Assembly (NCBI GenBank): GCA_045837725.1
Contig: JBEWZL010000135.1
Location: 1 to 64,000 of the forward strand
DNA length: 64,000 bases
Direction: 5' to 3'
Source of the DNA: Vermamoeba vermiformis
Taxonomy: Eukaryota
The notes under the pieces were generated by a model. The model was given only the letters and a program-made list of their open reading frames with translations, did not search any database and was not told the DNA's origin. Positions 10,124-22,447 of the stretch are shown here, piece by piece. The position numbers were made by a program, and so were the translations under genes. How positions within the stretch are numbered: the first letter of the stretch is position 1; each line of letters begins with the position of its first letter.

Positions 10124-13100
10124 CTAAAAATAGCGCGAGTACAACATGATGACATCTTTCAAAAAGTAGCAATTGTTCATGAGTTGTTGGTGCTTCATTG
10201 CACTTGAAGGATCACTGACAGCCATACGTGCAGATGCAACTGTCCAACAATTAATTTCTGCAAGACTGCATTCATGTTTATTTAACTTACCCAGTAGTTG
10301 CCCAGTATCAGTTGCCTTCTGAATGAATTCCTTTGCTTTGTTATTTTGGTTGGCATCTGGCAAGTTGAGCGAGCCCAAATAATTTATCAACGCCTTCAAA
10401 GTGGAACCCAGCAAGTTAACACTGCTCATCAATGTTTGGACATTGCCAACAGCGCCTTGAATCTCATTGATAACAGTGGAGATAGTTGAGCCATACTTGT
10501 CAATTTCATTACCAACAGCGCTTCGCCCGGGTTTAGGAACGAAGTTTGCTGGTGTCGGAGCAGTAGTGACAGGTCGAGTAGGAGTGTTGTTTCCTCCACG
10601 CAAGTTCTCGCCAAATTCATCGTCAAAAGTTGTGCGAACGACAGGAGCAGGGTTTGGACGAGGGTTGAAGTTCATATCGCCCGAGCCTCGCTTGAAGGGC
10701 AGCAATGTCAGCCGTTGTTTTAGCCGGTAATGGTGGCGGCATTGTGAAGCCAACTGGTGCTCCAGAAGTTACATATGAAGTGTTTGACAAAGGACCCTTG
10801 GCAGGCAAAGGAGGTGGTTGAGGATTGGCACCAATTTGAGGTGGCAATTGACGAACTTCGAGATGAGCAACGTCGGCCAATTTGTTATCTGCAACAAGGT
10901 TAGTGACCATTTGTCATAATATTTAGGCTTCGGCTACATACCGACAGGACCGCTAGCTGAGCTCTCCAGTTGCTTTTGATCGAGAGTTTTAGCTTGTTTG
11001 AACAACTCGCGTTCTAATCGCTCAACAACCTCACGGTTAATTGAACGCACATCGACAGCAAACACAGCTCGCATTGGTCTGTGGTCAGAGAAGTGCATCT
11101 CGCAACGACCATAAGTTTCTAAATCGGCACGGCTGTATGGGTTGTTCTTGTTGACGAAGTACAAAATGCGATCAGTCCAGGCTGGGACACGTTGTTTCTC
11201 GCTCGTGTCATAACGATCAGTGCCAGAGTCGTACTTGTAAGTTGGAGCAAAGTCAAGGTTGCCTTCCTCGAAATCACGGAAGATGAGACCCTGACTCTTG
11301 GCAATGCGCAATTGGTCGTAGCGCTTCAAGTACTCCCAGTTCTTCTCCGTGATGCGAGTCAACGCCTCGAAGTAAGGAACGTTCAAGCGGAAGTTGAAAT
11401 CTCCAAGCCAGAACACGTAACTATGAGCACGTTAGTACAAGCATTTGAGGCTGCGGAGAATACTTACTCGTTGTCCATAATAGTGGAACCGTAAGTCTTG
11501 ATGGCACCAAATCGAATGCCGCTAGTAATGCCCTCAATGTCACTAATTCGGTCATTAACATTGTTTTGACCAGCACTCAGATGCGCGCACACGAAGCAGA
11601 AAGAGCTGTCGTTGTAACTGCGAGATTTGTTAGAAAAATAGTTGGCTAGGTAGGTCACGTACTCAAAGCGAACGGCCAGAGCACCCTTGTTGCCATAAAA
11701 GCCATAGAGACCAGTCTTAGAGTTCTCCAAGTGCAAGTTCTTAATGTTGTTCACTATATCTTCAGACACGAAGACGCACAACAAAATGCCGACGAGCTGC
11801 TCGGATCTCAACATGACCACCTTCTTTTGTCTGCGAATGTTAAGCTGATGAGTGACGACTTCCTCCCAAACTCGTCTGCTGTAATCGCTTGGGCTGCTGC
11901 TCATGACAGAGCCGACACCAAGGTCCACAATCTCTTGGAAACCAATGATCCAAACATCGACGCTATCATAATCAGTAACTTTAGGATTGAACCAGACGTC
12001 AAGATCGAAAGCCTTGTTTGGCGGCACTTGTGCGTTGACGTTGTAAGTACCAACAAAGACACGTTTCTTTTCAATGGTCGTGAATTCTTTCGAACGGGCA
12101 TTCAGTTGCGATTGTACCCACTTCTCTTCGATAGTCTACAAACTTAATTAGCACCGCATGTAGGTTAACAAGATCGCCGCTATTTACCTGCTCCATATCG
12201 TCTTGGAAGTCTTCAATGGTACCCAAAAAGAAGTCAATGGCTTCTTGCTTGTTCTCGTCACTGAACTTGGCGTGGTAGAGACGAGTGACAGACTTGACAC
12301 CGTCATCCAACAAGCCAGCCAAAGTGCTCTTGCCTTTACGAGTGTACGAGCTCTTCATGGCACCAGTTCCTGCATAGACCTTTGAGATTACGTCTCCGTG
12401 GTTGGCCCACATCGTGTTGAAGGCTTGACCAAGTCGCGAGACCTCTGAGATGTGACCCTCACCACCCATCTCAATAACAATGTTGGACAACGCAGCACGA
12501 GCAATCGCAGTTTGGGTGACGTTGGTTCTGTCCAAACAGTCCAAGCAGTTGGTCCTGTAAATTCCGCGTTGAACCTTGTGTTGTTTTCCGGGCTTAGTTG
12601 ACCACATGTAGAAGCCACATGCTTCGATGTCTTTTTGGATACGATGGATCAAGTTCCAAATGCCAGAGAAGTCACGCTTGCCGCACTCAGCGTGGAAATC
12701 AAAATAGTTGTACTTGATGCTGTCGCTCTTGTAACGGCGCTGCACATTTGTTAGTATAAGCGCAATTCATAGTTAAGTTGTGATGACTTACCAATTGCTC
12801 TTCGTAACCTTGGGTAACACTCTCTTCAGAGCTCTTGCTCTTGGTCAATAAATTGACAATGTGTAACGATTTGTACAACTTTAAGACCTCTTCTACGTGC
12901 TTTCTGAAAGCAGGAGCGGCAGCCTCTGGAGGTCTTGTGATGGTCAACTTGCCGGGCTTCTCTTCCCAAAAAATTGGAACCGAACCACGAATTTGAACGA
13001 ACGAGATGAGTGTATCTTGCATGACCACCAACTGTTCTGTCTCCCAGAAATTGGCCACATTGCCATCGTCGTTGATACCACGAGTGTTGTAACGAGTACC

Positions 13101-15285
13101 AGCACGCATGCAACTGTTACGCGTGAACAAGCAGAAGTCGAAGGGCTCCTTGGTTTCGGGCATGAAATGCTGTTGGTCAATTTGGAAGCTACCACGAACA
13201 AAGACCGAAATCCACTCGTGCAATCGCTTGCTGATGAAGTGGCGCATTAAGTATCTGTTCCAAAAGAATCTCTTGTCGGCAACTTTCCACACGGGCTAAA
13301 TAGTCGTTAGCGACAATACGGACAACAACTTTAACGTACCTTTGATTGCAATTCAGCAGACAACTCTTCTTGTCGTTGCACGGTGTGAGTCAAGTGATAG
13401 TCGTACGAGAAATACATATTGCCCTCCTCGACGAACTTTTGTACCTTCGATGATCTGTAGCTGATGTAAACATCGGTAAATAACTCTAATATTGGGATAC
13501 AAATATATCACTATCTGTAGTTGGTAAACACTTACGGAGGCTTGAATTGGCCCGTGGAGTAATCAAGTTCTTTTCTGTAATCGAAGCTGATGAACTTAGT
13601 GCCAGTAACACAAAAGATTTCAGCGCCGCGAATTGAGCCGATCATCGTAGCTTCAGTGACCAAGATCAAAAATGACTCGTTTTCCAAGTTGATAATACCC
13701 ATAACGGCATAAGCGTCGATAAAGGTGGCCACACGAGTGTCGGGAGCTCTGTCCTTATCTAAAATCCAAGTTACTCACTGATTTTAAACCAAATGTAGTA
13801 ACGTACCCTTGAAGCGAGTGAAAGCACCAGGATTAGCACCCTTTCGCTCAATAATCAACGGATCTTCGTTGTTCGAACGAGCGTTACGCAAAACAAAAGC
13901 GTCAGGAGTAGCAAAGACAGAGATAGGCTTCTTGGTTCTACCACAACACGTGTTAGTTGGCGCGACTTTTTGGATAGTTAGAAAAGACATACAAAGGTTT
14001 CAAAATAGTGTTGCGAGCGACAATTGGTAGTGGCTTATTCTCAATTGATGCACTCGGGGCCGTATTATTAACAATTGATGCGTCAACTACCGCCACGGAG
14101 TTGTCAGCAGGCGTCGCACCACTGTTTCTGAATGGGTGATGGGTTGGATGGCGCACGAGTACGACCAGGGACCTGGCTCTGCACAAATCGTAAGGTGCAC
14201 GTTCACTACAATAAATTTAGAAAACTTACGGGTGCTGGTGACACAGGAGTGGAGTGATAACGCGGGTTAGACCCATCACTGAAAAATTGGTCGTCGTACT
14301 TCTAACAAAGAGTGTTAGCAAAAATGTTCTCAAGTGCGGTCAAAGCAATTAAACGTACGTTTCCTGCTGAGCTGCCAACGACAGGAGTGGCTGGGGTGGA
14401 TTGGCTAAGGTAATTCGGTTGCGCAGTTGCACCGGTGTTAGAATGCATCTGTCCGAAATCTACGTAGTCATCGTAGCTCTTAGTGGGAGCTACGTTTAAA
14501 AAAAATAAAGTTTGTTAGTTCGATCGACATTATTACCGTTACGAGGAGAATCAACTAGATTTCGTAAGCAAATTTAATGATAATGCTCGCTATAATAAAA
14601 TGAAATTGCACTTAACACGTTGTAATTTTGGAAAATAAACCCCGTAGAAAGATCCTTCCGCTAGATCGGCTAATTCGAATTTTAAAAAGTTAAGAAAAAT
14701 AGCCGTTAGAGGAATCCATAAAGTACGTGATTAATTTGTACGGGTGCATTATATTACACAAGCTAGCTAGCGAAGGAATACTGATCAGCAGATCAGCCGA
14801 AAATTTAATAGATTTGGCCCGACGCTATCTCAATTAAAAAAACTATCGAAAAAGAACATGTTACGTAACCATGTTTTAATTTAGCACAAAGGCCATTGAG
14901 GTAATTTCACAATTGAATTAAATATTAAAAAATATAATTTTCGAATTTTACTCGGTTACTTACTGGGCGCAGTATTGACAAATGGATTTGTTGATGCGAC
15001 ATTTTGACCAGTTTGGCCATAGCCTGGAGGCCAGCCTTGAGGTGGTACTCCCTGTTGGGGACCACCGACGTTCGGGCCGTAACCAGGAGGCCAGCCTTGT
15101 GGCGGTACTCCTTGCTGTGTATAAACAGCGTTTGGAACGTAGCCAGGAGGCCAGCCTTGGGTCGTTATTTGTTGAGTATAACCGGCGTTTTGATTAACGA
15201 ATGGATTCGTTGATGAGAGATTCTGCTGTTGTCCATTCGGGCCATAACCAGGTGGCCAGCCCTCTGGCGGTATTCCGTTTTGCAT
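10124..15285 (-). CDS. Synaptojanin-like phosphoinositide phosphatase (Sac1 + inositol 5-phosphatase)
   Basis: Sac1 motifs RFFWN, RAGTRY..RG, QIRGSVP and RTNCLDCLDRTN (CX5R). 5-phosphatase motifs GFQE, FWLGDFNFR, PTYKYD, PAWTDRIL and SDHRP. The GWPPGY/NPF exon 15285-14964 splices in frame to downstream exons. Apparent 1-bp frameshifts near 10681 and ~14135. Confidence 0.92.
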
Positions 15286-15403
15286 TATGGTCTTGTATTG
15301 TGTAATAAAGCAAATAGAATAATTGTGCAGCAGAAAAAAAAAAGACTGAACGGAGTGTCACGCAAGAAACCGACTTTCAACCGAAAAGTCTGCAACGCAA
15401 AAG

Positions 15404-16240
15404 ATGCAGGAAACAAAATTTGATATATTTGGCCAAACAGTAGACATAAAAGAGCATATAGCCAACACTCAGCAAACAGGAACGAAGATATGGACGAGTG
15501 TAAGGACAATCATTTTGTCTTCTAGACCGTTTTGCGATATTAATACACGCCATGTAGAGTATTATTTTTTCTCGATTTTTGGAAGATAACAGGAAGAAAT
15601 TCAACCTAAAACAAAAAAGGGTAGTCGAGCTTGGATCAGGATGTGGCTTGGCTGGAATAGCCTGTGCACTTCAAGGTAACAATAAATTAGAATATTAGTC
15701 GCAAAATATTTATAAACCCACTGCAGGGGCGCAGGTTACTTTCACCGACATCCCGGATATGATCTACTTGCTTGAGCAGAATGTACGGAATAATCTCTCG
15801 AGCGAACACAACCCACTTGTTAAACCTCACACATGGTATGATTTCATCCTACAAATATAAGCCAATTCATGAAGATAACATTTTATCAATAGGGGTGAGG
15901 ATGTCTCGTCCCTCGAACCGCCCTTCGATTACATAGTAGGAACGGATGTTCTATTTAAAATTCAAATGGTTGACCCGTTGATCAAATCACTCCTAAATTT
16001 GTCATCGAAGAGCACCGTGATAATAATTGGTTCGTATTTTTACCACACAAGTTGATTCAAGCTTGCTGACACTGTTTAGCACACGAGCCGCGTGACCCAT
16101 TAGTAATCGAAGAATTTTACAAAGTAGCGCAAGATCATTTTACAGTCTCAAAAGCTAAAAAACCGAAGCCTAGAAACGACGAAGAGAAAGATATGCTGAA
16201 TTTTGTAGAAATTTACACGTTAAAAAAGAAGCTTAGCTGA
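15404..16240 (+). CDS. METTL21-like (family 16) protein-lysine methyltransferase
   Basis: TGTKIW, KRVVELGSGCGLAG, VTFTD, WGE and FDYIVGTDVLF motifs across short exons. Confidence 0.85.
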
Positions 16241-16249
16241 ACACATGCT

Positions 16250-17683
16250 TTACTTGGTTAATTTAACGTCAGCACCAACAGCTTCGCGCACGTTATTATA
16301 GCCGTCTCTCTTGAGCAACTCGGCGAGCTCTTTCTGAATTTTGCGCGCAATACCCACGCCTTGTAATGACATAGCCGTGTAGAGTTGTACGAGACTTGCT
16401 CCGTTTCTAATCTTTTCGTATGCATCTTGACCTACAGAGCGACTATTAGCGACCACCTGTGCATGCTGATATTTTAGTCACTTACCAGAACTCACACCGC
16501 CACATCCAACGAGCGTCACTTTACCACCAGTGAATTGATACATCTTCTTCAATGCAGAGGTTGACAAGTCCTTTACGGGGCGACCACTCAACCCACCAGT
16601 AATGTGCGCATATTCTAAATCCGATTAATAGGGGACCTTTTCGTTAATTAGATGTCAATAAACTGACCTGGCAACAGCTTTGACGTTTGTATAGTGGTGT
16701 TTGAAACGATTAGGGCATCAATATCATATTTTAATGCCAGATCCGCGATGTCTTTAAATTGATCGTCCGTGCAATCCGGTGCTATTTTAATGAATAGAGG
16801 TGGCACTTTTCCCTACGTGCATATTTTTCATTAGCACTAAAACATTTGACTTGGTACTTACGTTATCCTGTTTAATTTGAGATATTTGATTCACAGCTGT
16901 CGAGAGGAGCTCTTCCAAAGGAGATTTGTCTTGCAATTTTCGCAAATTAGGCGTGTTGGGAGACGATATATTGATCACTACATAGTCAGCATAAGGGGCC
17001 AGCTCTTTAATACCCTGTACATAGTCGGCAGTGTTGCTTTCCGACAATTTATTCTTGCCCAAATTCACGCCAAGAGCTCTTCCACTGTTTCGGTGATATT
17101 TTTCCAGTCGCTTTTTAGCTATGGAGTCAATAAGAGTCAGCACAATCTGCACTTAGTAGTTATTAGCCCAAGGCGTACCTGGCGGAATTCCTTGCGAGTT
17201 AAAGCCATAGCGATTGATCACTGCATCGTGTTGACTCAATCGGAATACACGAGGTTTATCGTTACCAGGTTGAGGTAATGGAGTGATGCTGCCAACTTCT
17301 ACCAACCCAAATCCAACCGCGAACATCTCGTCAAACACACGTGCGTCTTTATCGTATCCTGCAGCCAAGCCAATACAATTGTTAACGCGTAGTCCGTTGC
17401 GACCCGATTTGAATTGAATGTCGGTGGACAACAGCTTTTCTATTTCTTTGGCGTTTGTGTCATTAGTGAATGGTTGGATCGCCGATCTGACTTTCTGACC
17501 AATGGAGAATGGCTTAAATGTTTCCAATAATTTAACACTGTATTCGTGAGCAGCTTCAGCAGTCTCCATTCCAGTTGATTTGACGACCGAAGGGACTAAT
17601 CGTGTATGAAACATACTCTCGGGCGAGGTGACTTCATATCCTACTAATCCTGCCACTCCGAGTGCAACCAATTTTTTCATCAT
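16250..17683 (-). CDS. DHODH: Dihydroorotate dehydrogenase (quinone), class 2
   Basis: [57 protein letters not shown] (catalytic Ser), KIAPD and GASLVQLYT, with a hydrophobic N-terminus. Confidence 0.97.
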
Positions 17684-18006
17684 TTTTCAAAGCTGAAATA
17701 ATTTGTTAGATCCTCTTGTTGTAAAAATCAAATTGATTTTAAAATCAGATCGAGAAGAACGCCTCCAGCAAGCTGTATATACATATGCAATGCATTTAGT
17801 CTTACATTCACAGATAGCTCTGTCGTGCGCGGCTTGAAAAAATGCGCAAAAAGCTTGTGAGGACCAGCCTCTCAAAAAAAACAAAAAAAAAAGGAATATT
17901 TTTTTTACATTTATCCGGCGAACGCTACAACAGCCCGGTTTTTATTATTCTAGAATTAGTCGATAAAAGGCGCTAATATTGCTTCAACATTTGAAGAGAA
18001 GATCAG

Positions 18007-19762
18007 ATGGCAGATCATAAAACTCTATTAGAAGACGTAATTGTTGGACTATACAATATTGGCGCTGTAAAATTCGGCGACTTTAAGCTCCGATCAGGCG
18101 TATCTTCGCCTGTTTACATCGATTTACGCTCGATCGTGGCGTATCCAGAACTTTTGAAAAATATTAGCGAGCTTGTATGGCTGAAAGTCCAATCAGCAAT
18201 CTTGCCCAAAGTCGATCCCTCTCACCGTGCCTACGTATGCGGTGTTCCATATTCTGCGCTCACGATCGCCACATCCCTCTGCGTCAATCATTCCCTTCCT
18301 TCCCTTATCGTCAGAAAAGAAGCCAAGGTTCATGGAACAAAGAAATTAGTCGAAGGAATTTTGGAAGACGGCAAGAAGAACTTTGTCATCGTTGTAGAGG
18401 ATGTTGTGACTTCGGGTATTAGCATCTCTGAAACTGTGGACAAAATTAAAGGTAATTTTTTTAAACAGTGCTGACTACCTTATTTTCACAAATAATAATA
18501 CTCTCAAAACAAGTTTTTCTCACACGATCGATCAGGATCAGGATCGTTTGGTGCTTGAATAATTAATATTACTAATGCTATTTATTGTAGACGCCAGCAA
18601 CAGCGTGATCGTTACTGAAGCAATTGCATTTTTGGATCGCCAGCAGGGAGGTGAAGCTAATCTGAAGAAAGCTGGAGTGAACGTGCATTCCATTGTGACT
18701 TTGCACTTACTTGCCGAAGTTTTGGAAGCGAAGAAGCATATCTCCGGGGAAATGAAGGACAAAATCTTTGCCTACGTTCACGATAACCAGATCAGCCTCG
18801 AGCCCGTGACTAAGCCAAAGAAAAAGGAGCTGTCGTTCCAAGAGCGAAAGAAATTGTGCAAGAGCGAGTTCAGCCGCGTGGTCCTCGATTTAATGACTGA
18901 AAAGAAGAGCAATCTCGTTCTCGCAGCAGATGTCAATTCTACCAAGGAGGTGCTGCACCTTGCTGACTTGCTGGGCCCTGAGATCTGCATGCTCAAGACT
19001 CACGTTGATATGCTTGGTAAATATTAACTTATCTGATCTTAACACATAATCTAATAACCATTTAGACGACTTCGATGCCGAATTTGTGAAGCAACTCAGC
19101 GATTTGGCCAGAAAACACAGATTTTTAATCTTCGAAGATAGAAAGTTCGCCGATATTGGCAAAACTGTGAAACAACAGTACACTGGTGGTGTGTACAAAA
19201 TTGCAAATTGGTCTCACTTGGTCAACTGCCACTTGATCTCCGGCAAGACCATCGTCAAGGCCTTGAAGGAAGGTGCTCAAGAGGCCTCGACTTTGCACAA
19301 CACCGTGACTAGGTACAACATCATTCACGAGACGATGCTTTTTAAGCAGCTAACAACCTACTTTTCAGAGGGCTTTTGTTGATCGCTCAAATGAGCTCAG
19401 TCGATGCCAACACGAACAACTCTACCGCTGAATCGGCCTATGCCACTGCCTTGGAGAATGAAGAATTCGTCAGCGGCTTCATTTGCCAAGAGAAGTTCCC
19501 TGAGCTGCTGAACTTGCCTGAGCACGACAAAGCCGACGCATTTTTGTACTTCACGCCTGGCGTTCACTTGCAACAAGATAAGACCGACAACTTGGGACAA
19601 CACTATAACAGCCCTGAATACGTCATTATCGAAAAGAAGACTGATGCTATCATTGTTGGCACAGGTATCTGCGGACAACCGACCGATGAAGCTAAACTTG
19701 CAACTGCTAAGCAATACAGAAAGCTTGCTTGGGAGGCGTACGAGCAGAAAATTCATCAATAA
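18007..19762 (+). CDS. UMPS: UMP synthase (OPRT-OMP decarboxylase fusion)
   Basis: [66 protein letters not shown]. Confidence 0.97.
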
Positions 19763-19886
19763 AGCTTGTCGCTAACAAAACAAAAAAGCTGCGACTACCA
19801 AATTTGGGAATCGATTCCTCCGCTTTTTGTTTTCGAAAACAAAAAGAAGCATTTAATTACCTTTGCAACACTTACGCATCATAGGT

Positions 19887-20843
19887 ATGAGCGAATACCG
19901 CATTGTGGTGGTAGGGCCTGGGGGAGTTGGCAAATCCGCACTTACGGTACAATACAAAAATTCAATTTTGCTTATTAACTACTTATTTTGCATTGCGTAT
20001 TTTTTTATTATTCCTTTTCCGTCTTATCCTCATTAATCGACTTTTTCTTTCAGATTCAATTGGTACAACGGCAATTTGTGGCTGATTATGACCCAACTAT
20101 TGAAGACTCGTAAGTTTCCAAATATTCTACTATACTATAATATCAATATATTTATATTTACAATTTCCTCCTTCAAATTAATCGTTAGCATTCAATTTCG
20201 TCGGATGCCGACTTACGCGTCAATTTTATTATGCAGGTACCGAAAGATTTTATGCGTGGATAATGAAAATTGCGCTTTGAATATATTAGATACTGCAGGG
20301 CAAGAAGAATACGTAAGAAATTTTCGGCGTTTAACGGATCTAATTGCGTTTTGCTATTAATCAAGGCTGCCTTACGAGACATATATATGAGCAGCGGACA
20401 AGGATTTGTAATAGTATTTGCCCTAAATAATCGGGAGAGTTTCGGCTACGTACCGAGTTTTTTCGATCACATTCTGAGAGTAAAGGATGCGGAGAGGGTG
20501 CCGGCCGTACTTCTTGGAAACAAAGTAGATCTGGCGAATAGAGCTGTATCAACAGAAGAGGCAAACCTGCTAGCAGCACAGCTTAAACTTCCCTACTTCG
20601 AAACAAGGCAAGTAAACAACATTCAATCGAAACAAGCCACAGGCTAATTGATATCCTATTAGCGCCAAAACTAGATTTAATATTGAAGAGGCCTTTTATC
20701 AATTAGTCAGAGATATTAGAAACAGCGAAGTACTCGGATCACCAGATTCGCCAAACGTTACTCCGAGATCCCGTCACAAGAAGAAAATGGGTATCAAAGC
20801 TCAGATTGAATCAACCTTTAAAAACAAATGTAAAGTAGTTTGA
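19887..20843 (+). CDS. Ras-family small GTPase
   Basis: GPGGVGKS, YDPTIEDSY, DTAGQEEY, NKVD, ETSAK (across a GC-AG intron 20608-20662) and CaaX CKVV. Confidence 0.95.
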
Positions 20844-20931
20844 TCGTTGGCCTCCAGATTTGTAAATAAATGTCTCGGCAGATTTGCTTTTATTTCATTT
20901 ATTCAGTGTACATACAATAACACCCAAAACA

Positions 20932-22404
20932 ATGTCAGAACACGTGGTAGGAATTCCATCTGAAGAACGTCGAAAGCTTGACAGGTTGGACAAGAAAGCT
21001 GAGCAAGCTCAATCTGGGATCGAGCTTTTGCAACAAACGCAGGTATGAAATATAATATATTCTCGGGCTAAATAATCGGTAATGCAATTCTCTTATTGTC
21101 GCTCAAACAATGGGATAATAAATTAATTGAATAATTTTTTCCTACCGAGAAGGTCTAATATCACTTTATTTGCATTTGTTAATATCTCCAATGTTTTATG
21201 AAACTCTTAAAATTATTTTTATTTTTTTTTTGATGCGGATGAGGCTCAGTCTCGCGATCATGATCTGAAGTAGTTGAGCAGGTTGCCGAATTACTTCCCG
21301 AAAATGATGAACGACTTATCATTGCCAATTGGGACGATAGAGTTGCCGATGTACTCAAGCGATTAAGTGACAACAAGATTCTCTCCGTGCCCATTTACAA
21401 CCGCAATGTACAGCGTTACACCTCCTATATTGATCTCGTTGACATTCTCGTTCATGCGTTGAACGTGTTTGATAAGGTACGATATGACCCCAATCGATAT
21501 TTGCTCAATTTAACCTCTCGTTTCAGTCTTCCTCAACGGGCTTGACCTACGCCCTTGAGAACTTGCTCAAGCTTTCTGACTTTGCCGACGCTCACGTGGG
21601 TACTCTCGCTGATATTTCCAAGCGCAATCCATTCCAGTGAGTAGCATGCTATCTGTTTTGTAATTGTTAACTAATGCCCGTGTCACAGGGCTGTAGAGTC
21701 TTCGATGAGCTTGTATGACTGTCTCAATTTGATGACAAAGTGGAAAGTTCACCGTGTACCTGTCGTTGACAGCATGGGCACGTTGCTTACGTCCATTTCA
21801 CAGTCCTCTATCGTCAAATTTTTGTGCCGCATCATTGCCAAATTCACCGTTGCCGAGAAGACCGTAGAGGAACTTAAGCTTGGCTATAAACCAGTTGTGG
21901 TAAGCCTACAGCCCTATTGAAACGCTGAATTAATATAATACAGCACTCCATTCAAGAAACCAGGCCATTGCGCGACGCATTTACCCTGATGCGCGACCAA
22001 GGTGTCATGGGCTTGCCAGTGGTGGATCAAAACGGTCTTGTTGTGGAATCTGTCAGTGTTAGCGATTTGAAGCAAATAGGATTTGATGGCAGTCTATTTT
22101 CAAAGCTTGATATTAGCATTAAGGTACGTGATTCACGGAAGCGAATGAAAGTAGCTAACCCCTTCAGGACGTATTTAAAAACTATTCAAGACAAGGACCT
22201 TACCTAGTGACACCTAAGAATACGGTAGCCGAAGTTGCTGAGCTATTAACTAGAGCGAAGTTAAGTCTCAACACACGTCAGACAAATCCAGATCTAACTT
22301 TTCGTAGGGTTCATCGTGTATTTTTGGTTGATGAGAACAAGAAGCCAATCGGAGTCATTTCGCTTGGAGATATTTTAGAATTAATTAACAAGTCGATCCA
22401 CTAA
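20932..22404 (+). CDS. CBS-domain protein (four CBS repeats, SNF4/AMPK-gamma-like architecture)
   Basis: KILSVPIY, KVHRVPVVD, GVMGLPVVD and RVHRVFLVD...GVISLGDIL repeats. Confidence 0.85.
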
Positions 22405-22447
22405 CCGGTAAATAATATATTTATTCTTATAATAGCTTGTTACAAAT

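Noticed and set aside
16238-16252. Convergent stops only 9 bp apart as antisense regulation
   Set aside because: Very short convergent spacers recur in this window and reflect genome compaction.
18525-18548. GATC-rich run in the first UMPS intron
   Set aside because: Too short to distinguish from slippage.
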